From positions 1-64,000 of the IMG/VR virus record IMGVR_UViG_3300046535_001092: a DNA stretch of 64,000 nucleotides; one strand, written 5' to 3'. This document shows, in pieces, positions 1 to 9,392 of the stretch; the first letter of the stretch is position 1; each line of letters opens with the position of its first letter. This DNA is from a virus. Both the position numbers and the translations under genes were made by a program. Under the pieces are notes generated by a model. The model was not told where the DNA came from and searched no databases. It saw only the letters and a program-made list of their open reading frames with translations.

Positions 1-28
1 ACCGAGGCAATAAAACTATATGCCATAG

Positions 29-1105
29 TTATCTACGCCTACCATAATGCATAATGGTGGTGGGGATCGAACTTACACTAGCGCGAAGAGCAGAGGTTAG
101 GGGACCAAAAGTAAAGAAGGTTGATCCAGGTTTCTGGTTGTTGTACTCAGAAAGCATCCAAGAGGTTGAGCGTACCACACTCGACTGTCTGATCTCGTCG
201 TAACTTCCTTCCCAGTTATTACCGAGACCACTAGGACTCGTTCCAAAAAAGGACTGTGCAGCTGATCCTACAGTAGCTGTAAGTGCTGCAGTAGTGTTGT
301 CGAGGACTCCATCAATATAGTAGGAGGTTGTTCCACCAACACCAGCCACTACTGGTCTCGTAATATGAAGCAGATGCCAATTGCCTGTTGTAACAGTGAT
401 TGTACCTGTGATGGTTGCACTACTCGTACCCATAGCACCAATACTAAGGAGATTGCTATTAATGAAGACTCCTAGGGATTTATCAAGGTTATCGGCGACT
501 GCACGATTGGTGCCTGAGGAGGTAGGCTTGATCCACACTCCTAGAGTAAAGTTGTTGTCCGTATAGTTAAACACTGCAGCAGGGAAACTAACTGAGGTGC
601 CTCCTGTAACTGCTGCTCCCCCTCCACCTTGAACCCCTGTGACGGCTGTAGCACTATTATTGGTGCCATCAAAACCGTTTAATGCGGAATCCGCCACACT
701 GACTGAGGAACCATTTCCTAAGTGACAGACAAGGCCATAGTCATTAATGGACCAGAGTGTAAAGGTACCATCGGTACCATCTGTATTAAGACTGGGATTT
801 CCTACAGCGAGGTAGAAGACTGTGTCAGTAGAAGCAGAGAGTGTAGGAATCCTAATATGCATCTCAAATGCACCTGTCGAGGCGACGTAGGTGCTTGGGA
901 CTAGTTCAAAGAGTAGTGGTATACTTAAAGCTATATCTGCATAAGGACGGATATCATAACCGCTCGTGTTCTGGGCTTTTCCTCCGTTAGCAATCGTGGC
1001 GAAGGCACTGTCCGAAGACCAGAGAGCTGCAACGAAGTTCGTAGAATTGATCGATCCACATTGCGTGTGATCGATGGTAACCTTTTTATAGTGAGTGAAT
1101 GCCAC
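29..1105 (-). CDS. Virion/tail protein with DUF2341-like N-terminus and LamG/concanavalin A-like lectin domain
   Basis: YKKVTIDH..GYDIRPY..RIPTLS...FYLAVGN start; LamG-type FTLGVWIKP..WHLLHITR..YYIDG..GSYDEIR..RS..W...EYNNQ; lies in structural operon. Confidence 0.75.
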   Translation of the reverse strand: MAFTHYKKVTIDHTQCGSINSTNFVAALWSSDSAFATIANGGKAQNTSGYDIRPYADIALSIPLLFELVPSTYVASTGAFEMHIRIPTLSASTDTVFYLAVGNPSLNTDGTDGTFTLWSINDYGLVCHLGNGSSVSVADSALNGFDGTNNSATAVTGVQGGGGAAVTGGTSVSFPAAVFNYTDNNFTLGVWIKPTSSGTNRAVADNLDKSLGVFINSNLLSIGAMGTSSATITGTITVTTGNWHLLHITRPVVAGVGGTTSYYIDGVLDNTTAALTATVGSAAQSFFGTSPSGLGNNWEGSYDEIRQSSVVRSTSWMLSEYNNQKPGSTFFTFGPLTSALRASVSSIPTTIMHYGRRR

Positions 1106-1108
1106 TAT

Positions 1109-1552
1109 CTATCCATTCAATACAACTATACCTGAGGGGAGGACTTTGTATCTAGGATCATGATCATAAGCGTCACGCTGACGCTCGACTACGTCAGTGA
1201 ATGGGATGCAGTGGCGGTCAGTGGAACCGTGGAGGTGAGAGAACTGAGCTAGGAGACGCTTCTGCTGGATCTCACATTCATCTCTACCACACAAATGGGC
1301 ATCGCACCGCAGGCAGTAGCCTCGGCGTATACCAGAACCAGGTTGGGGAGTCCATGTGTACTGACAATGGCAACACTGCTCCTGCTCGCCTTCAATCTTA
1401 TTTCCGTCTCCATCATAGGTGACGAAGTAGGCTGAAGGTTTATGTCCTCTTATCAAGGGAACTCCTGAATTGTTATTGGGGATCTGGGACTGAGTTGGGG
1501 GCGGGGTCGGGGACTGAGGATCTGATATCGATACGATCTGGTCCTGCTGCAA
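1109..1552 (-). CDS. Cys-rich (zinc-binding-like) hypothetical protein
   Basis: QCCHCQ..RRGYCLRCDAHLCG..C; co-oriented and tightly packed in operon. Confidence 0.55.
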   Translation of the reverse strand: MQQDQIVSISDPQSPTPPPTQSQIPNNNSGVPLIRGHKPSAYFVTYDGDGNKIEGEQEQCCHCQYTWTPQPGSGIRRGYCLRCDAHLCGRDECEIQQKRLLAQFSHLHGSTDRHCIPFTDVVERQRDAYDHDPRYKVLPSGIVVLNG

Positions 1553-1796
1553 TTGCTAGTGTGATAGCTTCTCTCTGTTCGTCCTCTGAGAGGAATGACA
1601 TGAGAGTAGGGTTACTAGCAAAGACAGCTTTGATGGTGAGCGGCTTTCCCATTGATGGACACTTGCCACAACAGAATCTACGCTCACCCTCGGGCATGGT
1701 TGGAGATCCACAAGGGAAATCCATATATTCGTCCGCATGGAGCTTCATGTCCATGCGGTCGTGCTTTAAACAGCAACTCATATTTAACCTTTCCAC
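1473..1796 (-). CDS. Cys-rich hypothetical protein
   Basis: CCLKH..CGS..FCCGKCP; co-oriented in operon, but overlaps the next ORF so starts are uncertain. Confidence 0.45.
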   Translation of the reverse strand: MERLNMSCCLKHDRMDMKLHADEYMDFPCGSPTMPEGERRFCCGKCPSMGKPLTIKAVFASNPTLMSFLSEDEQREAITLAIAAGPDRIDIRSSVPDPAPNSVPDPQ

Positions 1797-1905
1797 ACTC
1801 TGGGTTCTCTAAATACCCATCTGAATACCTTAGCGAAGAATGAATTAGTTCTATCGAACCAAATATCCCCACCTGTGTGATGGGCTGAATAATGATGGTT
1901 AAACA

Positions 1906-2364
1906 TTATTCGTCGAAGTAGATGGACCAGTTGAGGACGTCTGAACCCTGGGCGAAGGTTGTAACCCAATCGATTCCGTTTGAGAAGGTCAATGGAACGA
2001 CTAGTTCTCCGCCTGGGATTGAGACCCACCGATAGCCACCACGCATATGGAAGCCCCAACGACCAAGCTCAACGCCTAGGGTTGGTGCAGTTGTCTGTGT
2101 GTTGTTGGCTAGGGTGACTGAGGCACCTGCCTTAGCGTCAAGGGGCGATGGGGTGATTGCGTTGGTAAAGACGCCGACAGTTGACTGACGACTTGCTTTG
2201 ATGGTGTAGGTGTTGTCTGCTGAGTTTGCAGCAGGGCCTGCCGACCACTCATAGACCTTCGACGCAGCCATTGTTGCTGAAGCTGGGTTGAGGATGTTAA
2301 CGTTACCGGCTGTTGCTGCTGTGGTGTTCATGCCAGGGCCGATTGTTGATGAGACGTAGCGCAT
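1906..2364 (-). CDS. Putative virion structural protein
   Basis: AGGAG RBS before ATG at 2364; Thr/Ala/Gly-rich beta-type composition. Confidence 0.55.
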   Translation of the reverse strand: MRYVSSTIGPGMNTTAATAGNVNILNPASATMAASKVYEWSAGPAANSADNTYTIKASRQSTVGVFTNAITPSPLDAKAGASVTLANNTQTTAPTLGVELGRWGFHMRGGYRWVSIPGGELVVPLTFSNGIDWVTTFAQGSDVLNWSIYFDE

Positions 2365-2392
2365 GTAATTCTCCTGAAAGTTGTGAAGGGGA

Positions 2393-2734
2393 TTAGGTCC
2401 AGATGAGGCGAACACCCTCTACGTCAATATCTACGTTAAGGATGATGGGAGCGAGAGGGTCAATAGCAATGCTTGATGGGTGAGTTGCGTGGAGGACTAT
2501 GCCTGTGTCGCCTGAGGAACCTTTGAGTGTGAGGACTGCTGCATTGCTTGCTGGAGGAACAAGAGTAAGAGCAACTGCATCAAGAGGAACATCAAGGGTA
2601 TTATCTCCTGCTGCGAAGAACATTAATTCAGCCTGGACTGGGCTGGTTGGATTGGTAGCTCCGAAGGGAAACTCTGTACCGTTGAGATCTCCTGAGTAGG
2701 AGATGTTGATAACTCGGCGGGATGTGGTGGACAT
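2393..2734 (-). CDS. Putative virion structural protein
   Basis: ORF coupled to upstream gene; LTLKG..GDTGI.LH motif. Confidence 0.5.
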   Translation of the reverse strand: MSTTSRRVINISYSGDLNGTEFPFGATNPTSPVQAELMFFAAGDNTLDVPLDAVALTLVPPASNAAVLTLKGSSGDTGIVLHATHPSSIAIDPLAPIILNVDIDVEGVRLIWT

Positions 2735-2949
2735 TACTTTCTACCGATTCCGGAGTCTACTTTGATAGCTGGATACTTGGCTTTGACTTTGGCTCGGACT
2801 GTGGCTTTCTCCTGAGCAGATCCGAAGGAGGCTACGCGGGCTAGAGCGTTTCTGGCGTGGTTAGCGTCTTCGATAGGGTATCTGCCACCAGCCAGGGCGA
2901 AGGAGGAGCTTGGAATCTTTTTGCGGGCTGCTGCTGTTAGCTTAGCCAT
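2734..2949 (-). CDS. Small basic protein, DUF6582-like
   Basis: IPSSSFALAGGRYPIEDANHARNALARV resembles that family as recalled. Confidence 0.6.
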   Translation of the reverse strand: MAKLTAAARKKIPSSSFALAGGRYPIEDANHARNALARVASFGSAQEKATVRAKVKAKYPAIKVDSGIGRK

Positions 2950-2951
2950 GA

Positions 2952-3386
2952 CTAGTTCTTAACCACACCTGTAAGGGTGATAGAAGAGGCTCCTGTGTAG
3001 GTGCCTACAGTTGTGTACTTGACTCTAAGCTGTGATCCTAGGAGACCTGTGAGGATAGTGTTGACTGTGAGGGCGCCGTCGCCTGGGGTGATTGCTGGAG
3101 CTAGGGCGATGCAGGTAACAACCGCTGAGACCTTCGTGGCTGTTGTGGTTGCGAAGCTAAACTCCATGATATCGATCCAGGTGTGACCGTTATCGAGGGT
3201 GGTTTGGACGAAGAAGTCTGCTGAGGTTCCACCACCAACACGCACGAAAGTAGCCTGAACAGCAAGATAGTTCATGCCATCAAGGTTCAGGATTGGAGTA
3301 GAGGTTGATCCAGTTACAGCAGCTGCTAAGGTTGTAGTAGGGAGAAGTGTGAGAAACCTTCCACCTGAGATTGTATGTGATAGCAT
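2952..3386 (-). CDS. Putative virion structural beta-sandwich protein
   Basis: VQTTLDNGHTWIDI..LRVKYT motif, Thr-rich. Confidence 0.55.
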   Translation of the reverse strand: MLSHTISGGRFLTLLPTTTLAAAVTGSTSTPILNLDGMNYLAVQATFVRVGGGTSADFFVQTTLDNGHTWIDIMEFSFATTTATKVSAVVTCIALAPAITPGDGALTVNTILTGLLGSQLRVKYTTVGTYTGASSITLTGVVKN

Positions 3387-3395
3387 TACTAAACC

Positions 3396-3629
3396 TTATG
3401 TGAGGTTAATGAAGGTCTTCCAAACTGAGCCGTCGAAGATAGCTACTGAGGTGTGGGATGAGCCGCCTGCCGAGATTGTACCTGAGGTTGTAGTAGCGTC
3501 TGTTACTAGGGTGATGGTGCCAATTGTGGGAGCTGTTGGGAGCTTTGTAAAGGTACGACCCTTAAGACGTAGAAGCCCACGTAGGAAGACGTTTCCTAGG
3601 ATGGTTGGATTCTTAGTCGATGTTGACAT
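3396..3629 (-). CDS. Small structural protein
   Basis: LPTAPTIGTITLVTDA...AIFDGSVW, a module typical of phage fibre/decoration proteins. Confidence 0.5.
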   Translation of the reverse strand: MSTSTKNPTILGNVFLRGLLRLKGRTFTKLPTAPTIGTITLVTDATTTSGTISAGGSSHTSVAIFDGSVWKTFINLT

Positions 3630-3644
3630 GAATAGGTCCTAAAT

Positions 3645-3677
3645 AAAAATGGGCCTACCTTTCTAGAAGATAGGCCC
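3645..3677 (-). terminator. Rho-independent terminator
   Basis: GGGCCTA..TAGGCCC hairpin with A-run on its left (U-tract on minus strand). Confidence 0.6.
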
Positions 3678-3711
3678 GTGACGTGGGAAACGTCAAGTTG
3701 GTAGATGGAGG

Positions 3712-4203
3712 TTAGTCGTCTAGTTCGTCAAGATTCTCGGAGAATCTGGGCTTAGCGGCTTCGTCAATACAATGGGCAGCAATCTCTTTTAGATTTCTTA
3801 ATCCCCATACAGAGATTAACTTGAGACGCTGCGAGACTTCCTTTACCGGCCAGTCAATGTCGATTCCCTTATCTCTACGCCTTGTAACTTTGACTAGGCC
3901 ACCGCAGAAGGAGCCTGGTTTGAGCTTGTTGATAAGGTTGATCTCTTCGCTATCGAGGAAGGCAGGATCAACTATGAGGCCGTGCTGGTGAAATACTCTC
4001 TTGAGCTTTGGTTTGGGTGAGCCATCCTTATTGTCCCAAGGAGTCTTACCCTTACGAGTAAAGATGTTAAGTTTGGTAGGACGGGCTGTTTCAATAGCCT
4101 GTGTGAGGGCGGAGGCGAGTTCGTTGACTGTGGTCTGGTTGTTTGTCGGGTTTGTCGGAGCGACTACGGGTTCGACGACGGCGATTGCTTTCTTACGTGG
4201 CAT
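3712..4203 (-). CDS. Hypothetical protein (late operon)
   Basis: 163-aa ORF from ATG 4203, acidic C-terminus. Confidence 0.55.
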   Translation of the reverse strand: MPRKKAIAVVEPVVAPTNPTNNQTTVNELASALTQAIETARPTKLNIFTRKGKTPWDNKDGSPKPKLKRVFHQHGLIVDPAFLDSEEINLINKLKPGSFCGGLVKVTRRRDKGIDIDWPVKEVSQRLKLISVWGLRNLKEIAAHCIDEAAKPRFSENLDELDD

Positions 4204-4310
4204 GGTGTGGATGGAGGAAATGAGCCTTAGGGTTCCCACCCTACCGGCACAGTTGTCTCAATATGAGACGGTATGGGGCTAGTTAGAGTCCAGCCCCAAG
4301 ACTGAGGTTA

Positions 4311-4811
4311 TTAGCCAGCACCGTTCATGAATGGGTAGCTTAGGTATACTGCACCTGCTCCCGAACCTGAAACGGTTGTGCCTACAACTGCACCATCTAT
4401 CTGGTCGCCCGACACAACTGCGTCGTCGATTTTGCCAGTTGAGGCCGAGTAGACCTTAGCGTTTGCAACTGCAGCACCGTTGTAGAGTGCAGTTGTTGAT
4501 AGGCCATAGATCTGATACCAACCAGCTTTCGCTGTGGTGTCTACGATGGCGTTGGCAATGGCTACTGGACCACGAACGCCAGTGACCGAGAGAGCGGACT
4601 GGAATACGTTGGTTGTTGAGAGGCCAAAGCTGACAAGTGAGCCGTCTACAGTGGAGGCAACTCCCTGTAGGAAGACATACTCGTTGCCTGCAGCATCTTT
4701 CTTTCTAGTGCCTAGGCGGAAGTCATAGACTGTGGTTCCGTGCGAACCGATTGCTGTTGGTGGGTGTTCCCACTGTGTGTAGACGGTTGTTACCCAAGCT
4801 GGACGTGCCAT
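4311..4811 (-). CDS. Putative capsid cement/decoration protein
   Basis: RLGTR..DAAGNEYVFL..GPVAIA..GWYQIYG; downstream of MCP. Confidence 0.55.
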   Translation of the reverse strand: MARPAWVTTVYTQWEHPPTAIGSHGTTVYDFRLGTRKKDAAGNEYVFLQGVASTVDGSLVSFGLSTTNVFQSALSVTGVRGPVAIANAIVDTTAKAGWYQIYGLSTTALYNGAAVANAKVYSASTGKIDDAVVSGDQIDGAVVGTTVSGSGAGAVYLSYPFMNGAG

Positions 4812-4903
4812 GTGATGAGCCTTTCTGTCTAGACAATCAGGGACACCTAATGGTGTTTAGACTAGAGTAAGAAGTGGGGGGCCGAAGCCCCCCTGAGTGA
4901 GGG

Positions 4904-5200
4904 TTATAGAGTACCGAGTGAAGCGAGGATTGCATCAGCTTCTGCCTTGAGAGCGTCTAGCTGATCCTGAGAGACCGGAGTGCCTGCAGCAATCTGTGCC
5001 TGAAGGTCTACAATGGTCTGGTTTAGGGCTGAGAATCTTGCAGGTAGTGCGTCAACGGCAGCTTTGATTGCATCTAGATCTGCCTGGAGTTCCTGTTCTG
5101 TTGCCATAATCTTATCCACCTTTCTATGGAGTGTTAGTAGTAGTTCTAAGACAAGTATTAGAGGATCATGTTGACTGAACTTGTTGCCATGATCATTCAC
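4904..5200 (-). CDS. Coiled-coil hypothetical protein
   Basis: KVDKIMATEQELQADLDAIKAAV heptads. Confidence 0.5.
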   Translation of the reverse strand: MNDHGNKFSQHDPLILVLELLLTLHRKVDKIMATEQELQADLDAIKAAVDALPARFSALNQTIVDLQAQIAAGTPVSQDQLDALKAEADAILASLGTL

Positions 5201-5276
5201 ATAGTCTCTACACTTTCTAAACCACTGTTGTGGTTGGTTATGGTGAGTGACAGTGCGACGACGACGAGGAGAGAGG

Positions 5277-6041
5277 TTATGTTCCGACTGCTACCCAGGC
5301 TACGTTTTCTGTGCCTGCGGAAGCTGAACCTGCGAGTACCCATCCATATACGTCTACCGAGCCACCAGTGATGGTGCCGTAGGTTACGAATGCTGTACCT
5401 GCTGAGACTGCTGTAGAACGGTTGAGAGCGACTGCGAAGCCTAGGACAGTTGTTAGACCTGTTGCGACTGGGGTTGGGTTGGAGCCGTCAAGAGCTGTGA
5501 TACCACGAGCAACCTTATAGCCTGCGGCTACACCTGTGGTTAGGAGGTTTGTTGTGATACCTGTGGCGATTGAGGAGACACCAGCGTTGGTGATAGCAAC
5601 GTCGCCTGTGAGGGGTACGTCTGTGGCTACGTTAGAGCCATTACCGACAAAGAGGTGGGCTGAGGTTAGAGTTGAGGTTAGAGCCGAACCACCACCTGAA
5701 GTTGAGGAGATGGAGTGCCAGGCTAGCTTGTCGCAATAGAAGATGACAGAGGCTGATGCTCCCTGTGCGAAGGCAGCGTTTGTACCACCACCATCTACTG
5801 TTCCACCAATTGGTGGATAGACTTTGAGGATAGCTGCGTTAACGTTGAGGATGATTACGAATTTTCCACCAACAGTTGGGGGAACCTTAGGGAGTCGAAC
5901 TCCTTTAGCAGCATCTGCGCCTGTGACGCGATAAACGGTTTCAGAGAATGGGGTGAGTGAGGTTGCGTCGGTGTTAACTGTTCCTAACGCTGCTACCGTT
6001 CTTACTCCCATCGTCTGACCCATCATTGGAGCGAAATTCAT
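5277..6041 (-). CDS. Putative head fibre/decoration protein
   Basis: Immediately after MCP; Gly/Thr/Ala-rich modular beta protein. Confidence 0.55.
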   Translation of the reverse strand: MNFAPMMGQTMGVRTVAALGTVNTDATSLTPFSETVYRVTGADAAKGVRLPKVPPTVGGKFVIILNVNAAILKVYPPIGGTVDGGGTNAAFAQGASASVIFYCDKLAWHSISSTSGGGSALTSTLTSAHLFVGNGSNVATDVPLTGDVAITNAGVSSIATGITTNLLTTGVAAGYKVARGITALDGSNPTPVATGLTTVLGFAVALNRSTAVSAGTAFVTYGTITGGSVDVYGWVLAGSASAGTENVAWVAVGT

Positions 6042-6109
6042 GTTGAGTCCTTATAAAGAGAGTCCTCCCCACCTAGTTTATAGATGAGGAGGACTGTTGG
6101 AGTTAAGAG

Positions 6110-7057
6110 TTACGGAGCCTGCGAGATAACTGCTAGACGTGACTTGTTATTGGTCACGAACTGTAGTGCAGAGTAGATCTTGAACACGAATGCGTTCTGA
6201 TCTGGGATCTCGATGGTGTTACCCTTGTCGCGGAAGTACTGCTTCGAGCAGACTAGGTTGTACGACTTGGGGTTGAGGAAGTAGATCTTGTCTGCACCGT
6301 ACTGAGAGTAGACATAGCGGCTGGTCTTGAACGCGAGGACCTTGAAGCCTGCGTCGGCTTCGCTGGTGTCGTTGAACCGCTGTAGGGTCTGTAGCTGCGA
6401 CTCGTAGAGAGCCTGAGCTGTTGCACCCGAGATTAGGAACTTAGGTGCGAGAGTTGACCCGCTACCCTTTGCCGCTGTATCCCACGCTGTTGTCATTGTG
6501 GCTTCGATATCAGTTGCATCGGTGTATGTGGTTGCGTAGTTTCTCCACCATGTTTCCACGGCTGAGTCGATGGCTCCGACAACGCCCTGACCTGTGGTAG
6601 GTACTAGGTTGTCTAGACCCTGGAGTTCGTCTCCACCTGCAGTCGAGGTTGTGAAGATGTTGCGCTCGATGAGGTCGTCATGGGTATTGATTGCATTCTC
6701 AAGGATCTGCTTGACTAGTGCAATCTTCTGGTTCTCGGAGGGGTTCTTTGCGTCATCGCCCTTGGTCCAGACCACGGGAACTGAAAGCTGAGCAACTGGG
6801 TAAGATGCCGAGGTGACTACGATTGTCTTTAGGAGCGAAGCCGTGTCCTGGTCTGAGGCGAGGATGGCTGCGTCTGGGTTCGGACGGTAGTCTAGGGGTG
6901 CTTCGATGTGGTCGCCTAGTGAGACACGAGTAACGGCGCCCTGGCGCTCTAGTTCTCGCATTGCGGCAGACTCAACCCACTGGTTGGCAGCCTTTCTCAT
7001 CTCCGCTAGAACAGCTGGGTAGCTGACTGCGACAATCTGTTCAATATCTAATGCCAT
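6110..7057 (-). CDS. Major capsid protein (HK97 fold, PaP3/LUZ24-like podovirus type)
   Basis: 315 aa; follows scaffold and portal; GL..L..GVVGAID...WWRN, AGF..L.F, IYFLN motifs. Confidence 0.85.
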   Translation of the reverse strand: MALDIEQIVAVSYPAVLAEMRKAANQWVESAAMRELERQGAVTRVSLGDHIEAPLDYRPNPDAAILASDQDTASLLKTIVVTSASYPVAQLSVPVVWTKGDDAKNPSENQKIALVKQILENAINTHDDLIERNIFTTSTAGGDELQGLDNLVPTTGQGVVGAIDSAVETWWRNYATTYTDATDIEATMTTAWDTAAKGSGSTLAPKFLISGATAQALYESQLQTLQRFNDTSEADAGFKVLAFKTSRYVYSQYGADKIYFLNPKSYNLVCSKQYFRDKGNTIEIPDQNAFVFKIYSALQFVTNNKSRLAVISQAP

Positions 7058-7515
7058 GTGTGTAGGTACCTATAGAAAAAGGGTTGTTAAAGGTTAACTT
7101 TTGGCTCATTGACGGGGAGTAGAACCCGATAGTTGAACTTTTAACCCTAGTTCTAGGGCACTAACAAGGAAGGACTCGGTCGCAAGCTACTCGCTATGGT
7201 TGGCTTTGGCTATATTAACGTCCCGTACCGAGGGAAGGACGAAGAGATTATCTAAACAGGGTTCCCTGTCTATTGAAGCAGGTTAGCAGCCTTTAGCCGG
7301 GTATGCCGGTCTACCCACTGATCAGTTTAGATAAGGTGGCGGTCCATCCCCGGCAAGCCGCCGTTCCAGCATCCCTTTCGGGACCGGATATGGCAAACCA
7401 AGGATGGGCCATATAAAATTTGTTCACTGTAACCCGGTGAGGGGGCGGTAAAGGCTTTATCGGGTGGGGTTTGGGTGATAAAGCCCGTACCTGGAGGAAG
7501 GAGGAGGGGGAGCTT
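7058..7515 (-). ncRNA. Long structured 5' leader or ncRNA upstream of MCP
   Basis: No credible ORF; multiple inverted repeats (TTATCTAAAC/GTTTAGATAA, GGCTTTATC/GATAAAGCC, GGTCCATCC/GGATGGGCC); directly downstream of a promoter. Confidence 0.55.
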
Positions 7516-7520
7516 TATAC

Positions 7521-7549
7521 ATAGTAGCACATCTAGTACTAAATGTCAA
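7521..7549 (-). promoter_or_regulatory. Sigma70-type promoter for the capsid leader
   Basis: Minus strand TTGACA-17 nt-TACTAT with extended TGn. Confidence 0.75.
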
Positions 7550-7571
7550 GTCCCCTACCATTAGGAGTGTG

Positions 7572-8642
7572 TTATTTGAGGGTCTGCACCTGCTCTGTGA
7601 TGATATCCTCTAGACTACGATTGCCCTTAGACTGCGAGGGGGATGGTCTTGAGGCTGAGGTGGGGGCTGAGGTGGAGGTTGGGGCAGCCTTGAGTTCTGC
7701 AAGGACCTTCTTACGGGTTGCAGTCTCGACTTCCTTGACCTTCTTGTCGAATTCTGCCTGGGCTGAGGCTAGCTTCGGTAGGACTACGCGGCGGTAGGCT
7801 CCTTCTAGAGAGAGGCGTCCGTCATGCTGCAAGGCTCGGACGATGTCGCCTTCGTTCTCGTTGAAGTGGGGCCACCGACGGGCTTCATCGATCTCGGCCT
7901 GGACTTTGGGAATGAGCTGCTGAACCTGCTGATGGGCACGATACTCCTGCTCGATTGGACCGAAACGTTTGTCCACTTCCTGGAGGGTTTCCTGGCGGGC
8001 TTGCATGCGATTCCAGGCGTTGAGGGCCTTGAGTCCGTCCATGGAGTAGACCATGGAGCCATCTGAGAGGCGCTGGTCGGGCTGAGGCATGTCGTCTACG
8101 ACTGGGCCTATGGGCTGCTGTGTCTGGACTACTGGGGGCTGGGCTGCTGCCTGGGATTGTGAGGCGATGGCCTGGAAGATCTCCCGATAGGCTGGGATGG
8201 TTGCTAGCATCTCTAGGAATCGCTGAGGATCGTTGGCTAGAACCTGCTCGAACTGGGCTACCTTTGTTAGTCTACCTTCGTAGTCCTTGACCTTAGCCTC
8301 ATATTGGTCGAGCTGGGGCTTGTAGGTGGACTCGACCTCCTTGGCCTGGCGTTCAACGATCTTCTTGACGCGTGAGTAGGGGATCCTGTTCTCACGGCCT
8401 GGGGAAGACTGGGAGGGGATACCGAACTTCTTGGAGAACTCGTCTTCCTCCTTAGGCTCGGCTGCCTGGGCTACAGGAGAGGCGGCTTCGGGAGCTGGGT
8501 CAGGGGTAGGAGTGTCGGAGAGAGAGGCATCTGGGGCAGCCTCGACGGTTTCAGGGGTATCTGAGGAGGTGTCGTCGGCTGGGGTGACGGCATCTTCAAT
8601 GGAGCCTGTGATGACGTCTTCGAGGTCGATTGGGTCTGACAT
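7572..8642 (-). CDS. Capsid scaffolding protein
   Basis: Acidic disordered N-terminus, RIPYSRVK motif, long helices; lies between portal and MCP. Confidence 0.75.
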   Translation of the reverse strand: MSDPIDLEDVITGSIEDAVTPADDTSSDTPETVEAAPDASLSDTPTPDPAPEAASPVAQAAEPKEEDEFSKKFGIPSQSSPGRENRIPYSRVKKIVERQAKEVESTYKPQLDQYEAKVKDYEGRLTKVAQFEQVLANDPQRFLEMLATIPAYREIFQAIASQSQAAAQPPVVQTQQPIGPVVDDMPQPDQRLSDGSMVYSMDGLKALNAWNRMQARQETLQEVDKRFGPIEQEYRAHQQVQQLIPKVQAEIDEARRWPHFNENEGDIVRALQHDGRLSLEGAYRRVVLPKLASAQAEFDKKVKEVETATRKKVLAELKAAPTSTSAPTSASRPSPSQSKGNRSLEDIITEQVQTLK

Positions 8643-8924
8643 TTGGTTTCCTTTTTGACGGGTTGGACCGTCTGGTTACGCTCAGTTGGCGATACGGTTG
8701 AGGTTGATGGGACTGAAGTACCTCAAAATGGAGCTGATGTACATCAAGTCTTAACTGACTTACGTTTACGATATGCAAAATTGTTAATGATTTTAACGAT
8801 TTGCGTGAGTGAGTTAACTCAACCCTAGTGTATGAGTGATTAACTCAAACTCACTAAAGCTACGGACAACCCTTTAGGAGGGTTGTCCTCGCAAAGAGCT
8901 AGTTAAGTAGAAAGTAAACTAGGA

Positions 8925-8953
8925 TTGACTTACGTAGAAATCTATGGTATGAT
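8925..8953 (+). promoter_or_regulatory. Sigma70-type promoter for HNH gene
   Basis: TTGACT-17 nt-TATGAT, then AAGGAG RBS. Confidence 0.65.
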
Positions 8954-8975
8954 CCTTTCTTTTTAAGGAGTTTAT

Positions 8976-9392
8976 ATGACCGAAGCTAAGAAACTATGTA
9001 TTAAGTGTGAGCTACGAGAAGTAATGATGGACTATGTGAGACAGAAGCCTGGAGTATATTGCCATAAGTGTCAAGATGAGATATACCGGGAAGAGTACAA
9101 AAGAAATAGACCAGGGCGATTAGTTAAGTTGAGAAATAAGAGCAAGGAGAATAAAGCTTTTATTCGGGAATTAAAGACTAATGCAGGATGTATGGACTGC
9201 GGAGAATGCTATCCTTTTTATGTTATGGAGTTTCATCATCTTAATCCGCAATTCAAAACTAAATCTATTTCACAAATGATGGGGTATACACGAGAGACAC
9301 TCCTAAAAGAAATTAGTAAATGTGTATTACTATGCTCTAACTGTCATAGGATTAGATCCTACAGTGAAGGTTATGATGATAGTGTAGATTAG
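8976..9392 (+). CDS. Free-standing HNH endonuclease
   Basis: CMDCG..MEFHHL..K..IS.M..KCVLLCSNCHR. Confidence 0.85.
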   Translation: MTEAKKLCIKCELREVMMDYVRQKPGVYCHKCQDEIYREEYKRNRPGRLVKLRNKSKENKAFIRELKTNAGCMDCGECYPFYVMEFHHLNPQFKTKSISQMMGYTRETLLKEISKCVLLCSNCHRIRSYSEGYDDSVD

